A stretch of 64,000 nucleotides of DNA from Octopus sinensis. Its lineage: Eukaryota. Below, piece by piece: positions 54,634-64,000 of this stretch. A program made the translations under genes and the position numbers. How positions within the stretch are numbered: position 1 is the first letter of the stretch; every line of letters begins with the position of its first letter. The stretch spans positions 94,984,001-95,048,000 of the forward strand of contig NC_043004.1 in the NCBI RefSeq assembly GCF_006345805.1, in the 5' to 3' direction. The notes below the pieces were generated by a model that was not told where the DNA came from, did not search any database, and saw only the letters and a list, made by a program, of their open reading frames with translations.

Positions 54634-54894
54634 GCACACATATACATAAGATTAAAGTACTTACGACAGAGATACTACGTGTGCTAATAATCTACGCACG
54701 CACAACCACGTGCGTGTATACATACATAAATACATACACACTCACATATGGTGGCAATTTATTTTGTTTGTATGTACATAACTGTATATACAACTGTGCG
54801 CAGTTATGTATATATAAATGAACATATAGACGCACATGCATATATAAACACGCATATATAGACGTATATATATATATGTACATACATACATACA

Positions 54895-54930
<36 letters not shown>

Positions 54931-55001
54931 TATAGAGAGAGAGCGAGAGACAGAGAGAAAGAAAGAAAGAGCCATAGAGAGAGAGGTTGGTAGATAGAGT
55001 T

Positions 55002-55080
<79 letters not shown>

Positions 55081-55116
55081 CACATACATACAGACATACA
55101 TACGTACATACGTACG

Positions 55117-55182
<66 letters not shown>

Positions 55183-55200
55183 CGTACGTATGCATGTGTG
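54570..55200. repeat. (AT)n/(ACAT)n/(GACA)n/(GATA)n/(ATT)n microsatellite field
   Basis: Direct inspection. Confidence 0.92.
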
Positions 55201-55596
55201 TTTGTATGTATAGATCAGCATGCGTATTAATGTCGTCTATGTATGTATTTTTGCAACTTCAACGTATATAGAATGAAAATGGGAGAAATATTTCCATAGA
55301 AACTTTTTATGAATATACCGACTAGTGAAGAAAAACAATAAAATTTTCGAGAAAACTTATTTATTTTATGAATTTTATATAACTACTAGTATTTTTCTTA
55401 AAACGCATTTAATAATATAGAGACATCCAAACACTCTTAAGAAATATTTCAATCCCTTTCTTTAACTAGATTGATAGATACTAACATAGAAACAACATCA
55501 TATTACACTCAATGTTGAACGGACATACGTTTAACTGTGGACAGTTACATGTCTTATTATTCAATTACATGTAACATTTTGAGTGACTTTATATAG

Positions 55597-55985
55597 TACT
55601 AGCAGTATCGCCCGGCGTTGCTCAGGTTTGTAAGGGAAATAACTATAAAGCATTTTTAGAGAGTTATAGCCAAAAAATAGCAAAAAAAATGGAAAAAAAA
55701 TTATGCTAATTTTTTTTTGAGAGTTAAAAAAGGTGGAGTTGCGTCCCCTAGACGGTCTGGGGTTTGGGTTTCTGATTCTCGACCCCATGTCGAATTTATC
55801 GATTTTTTTCAGAACTGGGGGAACTTTTCAAAATTTTCGCTGCGTTAGTTTTGAATTATGACATTGGGCTATGTGTGTGTCAAGTTTCATCAGAATCGGT
55901 TGAAAGCCGTGGTCAGGGTGAGGGTACAACCAAACAGACACACAGAAACACACACAGACAAACTGCCGTTTATAGAGAGAGAGAT
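55597..55985 (+). mobile_element. DINE-1/HINE-like element with a different core
   Basis: Same first ~65 bp as 25439; unrelated middle; 3' AAGTTTCATCAGAATCGGTTG..(CACA/CAGA)n..TTTATAGAGAGAGAGAT. Confidence 0.7.
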
Positions 55986-56286
55986 GAGTAGGTATGAATG
56001 CTAATTTTTACAAGTTTGCCATTACATCATCCATTCGTTCATTCATTTTACACCTGATTTCGTTTTATGTTAGCATAACTTGATAGATACGTATTTGAGG
56101 CAGTATCTTACAGGCAGATACTCATCCTGTTTCTGACCTTTATCTGCTCTAAAAGTAATTTTCTCCCTCTTCATCCAGAGCAAGGAACTACGGGTTGTAA
56201 TACCCAAGAGGAATGTAAAAACGACAAAAACGATTTATTCCCAAACTATTTCCTGCAAAAAAAGCAGAGATAATTTCAAGCACCCA

Positions 56287-56312
56287 ATGATGATGATGAT
56301 GATGATGATAAC

Positions 56313-56362
<50 letters not shown>

Positions 56363-56413
56363 CAACAACAATAACAACAACAACAACAATAATAACAACA
56401 ATAATAACAACAA

Positions 56414-56461
<48 letters not shown>

Positions 56462-56514
56462 CAATAACAACAACAACAACAATAATAACAATAATAATAA
56501 TAATAATAATAATA

Positions 56515-56573
<59 letters not shown>

Positions 56574-56613
56574 TAATAATGATAATAATAATAATAATGA
56601 TAATAATAATGAT
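56287..56613. repeat. (GAT)n-(AAT/AAC)n tract; includes the tail of the adjacent LINE
   Basis: Direct inspection. Confidence 0.95.
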
Positions 56614-57286
56614 TTCATTTATTTGCCACGAGGGCGAAAAATGAGGGGGAAAATACAAAAACAGACAAAGTGTGGGGATTTACATATAATAATGAAATGA
56701 TAAATAAAAAAAGTATACACGATATACACCGGGAAAGAGATGACTCATGCATAGCATACAAAGGTACAAAAAAGTGGGGAGAGGATGATTGAGATGTGGC
56801 CCTCCTGATACAGAATACCTCTAGGGATAATCGAGGAACCCCATTGTCCGAGGTCTACCTGAAACCTTAGGAACAAGTGCCCTCTCCAATTCCTTCTCTC
56901 CGACTCACAGGTCTACAGTTTGAGAGATACCATCCACTCTTGCCATTTTCGCAACTTTCACCCACCTTTCAATAAATTCACTCGAGGACAGCGCTTCCCG
57001 CTCCACTCTCAATTTTCTTTTCAAGTGAGACTTGAAAAATCAATGAGAGTTCTACCAAATAGGAATGTATCTGTCCTCGTGCCTTTCAGCCTTGTTCACT
57101 AAACAACCTCTTTCACTACAGCCACCAGGCAGAGAAAAACTGCTTTGCTTACCCGCCCGAAGGAGGGCGGCGGTGCAATCATCACTACAGACTCGGCCGG
57201 CAGACGGATCCGTCCCACATGTGACAGTAGCTGTTCAACATAACCCCACAAGTCAGCAATGCCCGGACACTGAACAAGGCCCAGTA

Positions 57287-57288
<2 letters not shown>
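56614..57288 (-). mobile_element. 5'-truncated L1/Tx1-like LINE, short copy
   Basis: Aligns to 57811-58480; minus-strand VQCPGIADLWGYVEQLLS; ends GGCAAATAAATGAAAT(TAT)n. Confidence 0.85.
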
Positions 57289-57345
<57 letters not shown>

Positions 57346-57367
57346 TAATAATAATAATAGTAATAAT

Positions 57368-57714
57368 AAGACTAAAACAATACCTGTAGTTATAGGTGCC
57401 CTGGGAATGATAGCGAAAGGGGCTGATTGCTACCTAACTCAGATACCAGGAAACCCCAAAATGGCAGAAATTCAAGAGATAGTGTTCATGGGAACTGCTC
57501 ATATCCTACGCAAAATACTTTCTATGTAATCTCAGGGTTTAAAACAAACAGAATTTTCTTGGGGGGGCGGGCATTCACTAGTACAACACCAAAAAAACCA
57601 AATATATGGTACACTAGGCATAACAACAACATGAACTTCCAACCTGTTGTCTCTTGAGGTCTCTGGGTGAGACTTGGAGCCAACTTGTACAAATATAAAG
57701 CAAAAGTCAAACAT
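57368..57714 (+). mobile_element. 5'-truncated R4/Dong-like retrotransposon, copy 2
   Basis: KTKTIPVVIGALGMIAKGADCYLTQIPGNPKMAEIQEIVFMGTAHILRKILSM*, with a 3' UTR like 19454-19644; (TAA)n on both sides. Confidence 0.82.
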
Positions 57715-57810
57715 ATAATAATAATAATATAATAATAATATAATAATAATAATAATAATAATAATATAATAATAATAATAATAATAATAACAACAATAAT
57801 AATAATAATA

Positions 57811-59322
57811 TCATTTATTTGCCACAGGGCGACGGATGAGGAGGCCAATACAAAGACAGACATCAAGTGTGTGGGTTTACATAAAATCAAATGATAAAAA
57901 CATTAAAATTAAAAGAAAATGAAAGAAAGTACACACTGTGTACACTGAAAAAGAAGGGACATATACATAGCATACAAAGGTTTAAAAAATAGGGGGAGGC
58001 GGAGGATGATAGAGATGTGACCCTCCTGATACAGGAACGTCTCTAGGGATAATCGAGGAACCCCACTGTCCGAGATTTCCCTGAAACCCTAGGAGCAAGT
58101 GCTCTCTACAGTTCCTTCTCTCCGACTCACAGGTCTACATTGAGAGAGATACCATCCACTCTTGGATTTTTTGCAACTTTCACCTACTTTTCAGTATACT
58201 CACTCGAGGACAGCACTTCCCTCCCCACTCACAACTGCCTTCTCAAGTAAAAATCGAAGAAGTCAATGAGAACTCTGCCAGACCTTGTCCACCAAACAAC
58301 CTCTCTCGCCACAGCCATCTGGCAAAGGAAAACTGCCTTGCCTGCCCGATCGAAGGTGGGCGGCGGTGCGATCATCACTACAGACTCGGCTGTCAGGCGG
58401 ATGCGTCTCACACGTGACAGCAGCTGTTCAACATAACCCCACAAGTTAGCAATGCCCGGACACTGAATGAGGGCGTGCAGAAAGGTTTCGTCACTCTGTG
58501 CGCACCTCGGACAAACCCGTCTGACAGCACATCCGTCAAACTGATAGCCACCCCACCCCCACCCGTTAGCACTGCCAGGCCAAGTACACCTGGAAATTAT
58601 CCATAACAGTACCCGACCGGAAAGTCCTGCGGAACAGCCAGTTCGTTTTCTTCGGCTCCCAGCGTCTCCACGAGAACCTCATCGCACTTCCACGCCACTA
58701 ATCCTCTATAAATTTCTTATGCAGAACATCCACCGATAGAGGACTTTGAGCGCCTGACGACATTATAGGTGCCAGGCGCCCAGTCTCGGTCTTTTCTTCA
58801 CCCAGGTTGCAGCTCCGTCAAGGAGACGAGCTTGCGGAAAGATGAACCTCACAAACGAAGCTCACACGCGCTGACCGTCCAGAAATCGTTGCTGGTGGTG
58901 TAACTTAAGAGCGTGTCTGTGCATTAGGATCCACAGCATACTTAATCCGCCACTCAGAGGATGTTGGCAACAGACTGACCGCCTGACCCCTGGAACGCGT
59001 CCCTTCCACAACAATTTAAATAAGAGACGCTTCAGCCTGGTCAAGCTGTAACCGGCACAAGGCACGACGGTCAGGCGATAAATGGTAACGAAGACGATAT
59101 AAGCATTCGCTACCTCTGCCCGAAATACAAAGACAGCTTCATTTCAGCTCATTTCTGGGTGTGACTGGCTACCCTGTTCGCCACCTCGTCCCACTTATCA
59201 ACTTGGAGGTCAGGACCAAACCAGAAGATGAGCAGTTTAACTGGTCGGTCGGTCGGTCCAGCGTCCGACAACGCCGTCCGATTGCATCGTTCTGCCTCTC
59301 CAGGAGCCCAACCGCAAACCCA
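57811..59322 (-). pseudogene. 5'-truncated L1/Tx1-like LINE ORF2 (post-RT region and zf-RVT)
   Basis: PVKLLIFWFGPDLQ..LFKLLWKGRVPGVRRSVCCQHPLSGGL..CPRCAQSDETFLHALIQCPGIANLW; AATAAA followed by an (ATT)n tail. Confidence 0.88.
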
Positions 59323-59325
59323 TAT

Positions 59326-60340
59326 AACAATGGTAGGAATAATAATTAAAATAGTAATGAAAATAATAGTAGAATTGGTGGTGGTGATGCTAGCAGCAGT
59401 GACAATGAAACAGCTTGTAACAGTAGCACTAACAGCCAAGGCAGTAGTGATAGCGTTCCTGTCATATGTCACTCTAATGAGACCGAGATTAGCAGTCGAG
59501 TAGCCCACAATAACAGACACGATATCATTTGTCAACCTGCTTCTTCAACATCTAATATTGTCACACACAGTTAACGATTCTATCTATGCGAGTGGCTACT
59601 GTAATGTTGGAGATGTCGGACAAATGATTGACCTTGGCCCTCTGGATGGCTCGGCTAGCACGCATTATAGTCGTAGCATTTCTGCTGTAAATGGAGTTTA
59701 CGCAACTATTAATAATCCTAATAATTGTTCAAACTCTTACCGGTTTATTGATAGTGTTGTTACTAATGATAACAATCCTAATGCCCTTTATGTAACCCTG
59801 GAAGATTTAGATAATTTTGTGGATCTTTCCAGTTTGAACGGCAATTTTTTCTAGCGGTGTCATATGAAATTGTCACCCATAATTATGACTCTAGGATCGA
59901 TCTATTGCATTTCAATCTCTTTTAGGGTTAGGGTTAGGGGTGGGGGAAGGGTATCTTTTTTTTCTTCCGAAATGTAAATAAACCCAATCTGTTTCTTAAA
60001 CGAGTGACATATTCATACGGCACAGAATGTTTTCACCTCAATAGTCGTCAGTGATTGATTGAAATTGCAGAAATTGAAGAAAAAACAACAAATATTTTTA
60101 AAACTATAGAATTTTCTCAATAAAACCAAGAGAAAAAGATGTTTTATAAACACATTCTACCAGTATACGAAGTTTAAAAGTGTTTAGGAAATTATCTTAA
60201 AAAAACTGCCGGTCAAACCGAATAGATCCAATTTTGTTAGTTCTGGCCGTGATCGATACTCTCTACCGTACTTCAGTGACACTGGTCGCGCAGATGACGA
60301 GACATCTCCTAAACTGTGTAATTTCAAAAATGCACTCTAA
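59326..60340 (+). pseudogene. Candidate decayed exon of an N/S-rich protein, split by the MITE at 59821-60229
   Basis: Removing the MITE and one TSD fuses ..LYVTLEDLDNFV to SSGRDRYSLPYFSDTGRADDETSPKLCNFKNAL* in frame. The upstream N/S-rich frame needs one stop and one frameshift. No homology recognised. Confidence 0.3.
59821..60229 (+). mobile_element. TTAGGG-containing MITE, copy 3
   Basis: Perfect TSD AATTTTGT at 59813-59820 and 60230-60237. Confidence 0.92.
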
Positions 60341-60659
60341 AAAATTTATGCTTAACTAAAAATATCGTGTATTGATTCGACGTAACGACTAATTTAAATA
60401 CGTTTACCTTGACTGGCTCCACTACATGCAAATTCAAGCAGAGCTTTTACAATCTTTTTTTACTTTAACAATCGTAAGAAGGCTAACAGAAAACATTTGA
60501 GAATTAAAAGCAAAAAAAAAAAAACCATTCAATTCCTACTTACTAGAATAAAGCAAACATTGTCATACATAAATGATAGATAAAGGCGCACTCTCTGCGA
60601 CGAATTAGGAAAAATTCTTAAATGTCCAAGTAATGTTCTTAATAAGTTTCGTGAAACGC

Positions 60660-61266
60660 TTTCCCAAAATATTTTCACCGAAAATTTTACCCAAAAATTT
60701 TCTGAAAATTTTCACCGAAAATTTTACCCAAAAATGTTCCTAAAATTTTTCGAAAATTTTCACCGGAAATTTTACCCACAATTTACGAAAATTTTCACCG
60801 AAAATTTTACCCAAAAATTTTACTCAAAAATTTTCTGAAAATTTTCACCGAAAATTTTACCCAACAATTTTTCGAAAATTTTCACCGGAAATTTTACCCA
60901 AAAATTTTTCGAAAATTTTGACCGATAATTTTCCCCAAAAATTTTACGAAAATTTTCACCGAAAATTTTCCCCAAAAATTTTACGAAAATTTTCAACGAA
61001 AAATATTCTGAAAACTTTTCACCGAAAATTTTACCCAAAAATTTTTCGAAAATTTTGACCGATAATTTTCCCCAAGAATTTTACGAAAATTTTCACCGAC
61101 AATTTTCCCCAAAAATTTTACGAAAATTTTCACCGAAAAATATTCTGAAAATTTTTCACCGAAAATTTTCCCCAAAAATTTTACGAACATTTTCACCGAG
61201 AATTTTACTCAAAAATTTTTCGAAAATTTTCACCAAAAATTTTTCGAAAATTTTACCCCAAAATTT
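60660..61266 (+). repeat. Minisatellite of AAAATTTT-based 12-13-bp subunits (~37-bp unit)
   Basis: AAAATTTTCACCG / AAAATTTTACCC / AAAAATTTTACG reiterated with variants. Confidence 0.93.
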
Positions 61267-61308
61267 TATCAGTAGCGATATGAAGGTATAACTTTGTATT
61301 TTGCATTT

Positions 61309-61390
<82 letters not shown>

Positions 61391-61899
61391 TGTAATATGA
61401 AAACATATATATACACATACTAGCAGTATATCCCGGCCTTGCCCGGGATTAAGTTACGATTAATAAGCTAATCAAGTTCTTTATTTCAAACCAAACTAAG
61501 TAATATCGACGTCAAATTTGGGCAAAATCCGTTGAAATTGGTTATATTATATATATATATAATATATATATATATATAATATATATAATATAATATAATA
61601 TAAATATATATGGGCAACAGACACGAACACACATGTATGTACGTACACCTATTGCATGTTTTGTGTATGCATACATGTTCATAAACAGAAATGAATGGGA
61701 AAATGTTAAATTTGTAGATTAACACTCGCACGATTTTCACTAAGAAAAATAATCGTTTTTTTTTTTTGCGTGGAATCAACTACTAATATGCTACAAAACC
61801 CTTTTTGTGGTCCGTGAATCGGAGTGGGTGTGGTGGAAGCCCCGGAAATATTACCCATTTATATTGTGCAATTCACTGACAAATTGCTACTGACCTCTT

Positions 61900-62165
61900 C
61901 GTTGAAAATTTTCGAAAAATTTTTGAGTAAAATTCTCGGTGAAAATGTTCGTAAAATTTTTGGGTAAAATTTTCGGTGAAAAGTTTTCAGAATATTTTTC
62001 GGTGAAAATTTTCGTAAAATTTTTGGGTAAAATTTTCGGTGAAAAGTTTTCAGAATATTTTTCGGTGAAAATTTTCGTAAAATTTTTGGGTAAAATTTTC
62101 GGTGAAAAGTTTTCAGAATATTTTTCGGTGAAAATTTTCGTAAAATTTTTGGGGAAAATTTACGC
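61900..62165 (-). repeat. Inverted array of the same minisatellite with a 63-bp higher-order unit (x3)
   Basis: Reverse complement shares diagnostic variants (GAACATTTT, GAGAATTTTACTC) with 61136-61232. Confidence 0.92.
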
Positions 62166-62471
62166 CGAGTAAAAAAGTGCTTTGTTGACAATACATTTAT
62201 TTAACAACAAAGAAACAAAGAGGTCAGTAGCAATTTGTCAGTGAATTGCACAATATAAACTCTCTCGCACCCAAAGTAATGTGAGTGAGAGAGAGGGGGG
62301 AGAAAGATGAACGATTTAAAATAAATAAATGATTTAAAATAAAAATATTGTAATTGTTATGTGAGAAAGTATATATACTATGATTATAAAATATAGTGTC
62401 TTTCAAAAACATCCTGAATTTGAACACTATATCTCGTGTTTAAGAAAAGACAAAACATTTTACATTTTATA

Positions 62472-62748
62472 TTTTATGAACGTCGTCACTTACTCTCTCT
62501 CTCCCTCTCTCACTTTGTCGTCACTTACTCTCTCTCTCCCTCTCTCACTTTGTCTTTCCCGTGAGACTCTCTGCTTCTCTTCCACTTTTCTTTATCTTGT
62601 TTTTTTTTCTTAGATGCCGTCAGAAAGCTATGGCTGAAAATAGATTTTTATGAACGTCGTCACTTACTCCCTCTCCCTCTCTCACTTTGTCTTTCCCGTG
62701 AAACTCTCTGCCTCTCTTCTTCCACTTTTCTTTATCTTGTTTTGTTTT
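62472..62748 (+). repeat. Direct duplication of a ~100-bp pyrimidine-rich unit
   Basis: TTTTATGAACGTCGTCACTTACTC..CTTTATCTTGTTTT at ~62472-62605 (with an inner 32-bp duplication) and ~62646-62748. Confidence 0.88.
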
Positions 62749-62749
62749 G

Positions 62750-64000
62750 TTAACGAGGATCGACCGGAGGGCAAGTCTGGTGCCAGCAGCGGCGGTAATT
62801 CCAGCTCCGGTAGCGTATATTTAAATTGTTGCGTTTGAAAAGCTCGTAGTCGGAATTCGGGTCTCGAAAACGTGCTCCAGCACGTTCGGGGCGACGGCGC
62901 CGTCGCAGGCGCGCTTCTGGCGCGTCCGCTTCGGTCGTCCGTTCGCACTCCCGACCCTATTCGCCGGTGTGTGCGCAGTCGGGCCGCAGAGCTCTGCTCG
63001 TGTCGCCGCCGCGTCGGCCGCCGTCCTGCGCTCGTCTTCGCCCGCGCGCGTCGTCCGGTTTCACGCCTGCGCGCGACCTCGTCGTCGCACGGGTCGGTTC
63101 AGCGCGCACGGGAGCCACGAAGCGGGTGCGCTATTGGGCGTCGTCGCCGTTCGCGTTTTAGCGGTAGTAGCACGTCCACCTCTCGGTCGTTTCAGCCCGC
63201 ACGGTTCCTCCGAGGGTGCTCTTCGCCGAATGTCCGAGGCGGCCGGTACGTTCACTGTGAAAAAATTAGAGTGTCAGAATGAGCCCTGCCGGCTTGCATA
63301 CGAAAAGCATGGAATGATGGAAAATGGCCTCGTCCGCGCGTCATCCGTCAGTCTCCGTTCACGACGAGGCAATGATCGAAGGGAGCTATCGCGGCCAGTC
63401 GTATTGCGAAGTTATAGGTGAAATTCTTGGATCGTCGCAAGACGCACTGCAGCGACGGCGTGTGGCAAGCATGTTTTCCTCGATCAAGAGCGAAAGTCGG
63501 AGGTTAGAGGACGATCAGATACCGTCGTAGTTCCGACCGTAAATGATGCCGACTGGCGCTCCGCCGGCGTTCGCTTCGATGATCCGACGGGGAGACTGCG
63601 TGGGAAACCATAGTCGGTTCCGGGGGAAGTATGGTTGCAAAACATAAACTTAAAGGAATTGACGGAGGGGCACCACCAGGAGTGGAGCCTGCGGCTTAAT
63701 TTGACTCAACACGGGAAAACTCACCCGGTCCGGACACTGGATGGATTGACAGATCAATAGCTCTTTCTCGATTCGGTGGGTGGTGGTGCATGGCCGTTCT
63801 TAGTTGGTGGAGCGATCCGTCTGGTTGATTCCGATAACGAACGAGACTCCGGCCTGCTAACTAGCGCGTCGATTAGTGCTTTTCCGGTAGCGCGGCGGCG
63901 CCGAAGCCGTCGTCGTTAGCTCCGCGCGCGGCCCGGGCTTGTCGTTGCCACCGCTCTCCTTCGCGTCCAGGGCTGCGACCGCGTCCGGCTGCCGTCCCCC
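62750..64000 (+). rRNA. 18S rRNA: 18S rRNA, 5'-truncated, divergent, GC-rich V4 and V7 expansions (orphon or pseudogene possible)
   Basis: TTAACGAGG..GGAGGGCAAGTCTGGTGCCAGCAG, GGTGAAATTCTTGGA, GATCAGATACCGTCGTAGT, AAACTTAAAGGAATTGACGG, GCGGCTTAATTTGACTCAACACGGG, GTGGTGCATGGCCGTTCTTAGTTGGTGGA, GATAACGAACGAGAC, in canonical order. Confidence 0.95.

Larger units (their letters stand above)
61418..62749 (+). mobile_element. Possible long HINE-like element cut off by the 18S fragment
   Basis: Starts TACTAGCAGTATATCCCGGCCTTGCCCGGGAT (hairpin ATCCCGG/CCGGGAT); contains internal tandem repeats; no canonical 3' end seen before 62750. The extent is a guess. Confidence 0.35.

Noticed and set aside
59149-59535. 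128-aa minus-strand ORF with a hydrophobic stretch (membrane protein?)
   Set aside because: Chimeric: the antisense of an N/S-rich region fused to the L1/Tx1-like ORF2 remnant.
60660-62165. CRISPR-like array, or repeat protein (KFSPKIL ORFs)
   Set aside because: Contiguous degenerate tandem units with no unique spacers and no cas genes, in a eukaryotic context; the ORFs are by-products of the repeat.
62872-63530. GC-rich ORFs of 64-150 aa
   Set aside because: They lie within the 18S rRNA and its V4 expansion, where high GC suppresses stop codons.

Overview
Repeat-dense, AT-rich eukaryotic DNA. The SINE content and the GC-rich, expansion-laden 18S fragment point to a coleoid cephalopod, probably an octopus (inference). 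I find no intact, recognisable protein-coding gene, no CRISPR array and no prokaryotic features. Most of the supplied ORFs are translations of microsatellites, satellites or the rRNA. The window holds: (i) many tRNA-derived SINEs from several modular families; (ii) decayed LINE fragments (CR1-like, L1/Tx1-like, RTE-like, R4/Dong-like) and Penelope-like ends with hammerhead-like motifs; (iii) Tc1/mariner fossils, mariner and hAT-like MITEs, three copies of an 8-bp-TSD MITE carrying TTAGGG repeats, and DINE-1/HINE-like elements; (iv) several local inverted duplications and palindromes; (v) an A4T4 satellite in two inverted arrays; (vi) a 5'-truncated, highly divergent 18S rRNA segment running off the right end. 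I cannot support a new multi-gene system. The best leads are the 18S fragment with uncompensated changes at invariant sites, a stack of retroelements in a (TAA)n tract that may be the poly-Asn run of a destroyed exon, a templated inverted insertion with fold-back palindromes, hammerhead variants with a CUGUUGA core, and a recurrent SINE dimer junction. Family names A-D are my labels. All alignments and translations were done by eye, so boundaries are approximate unless a TSD or TIR is quoted.
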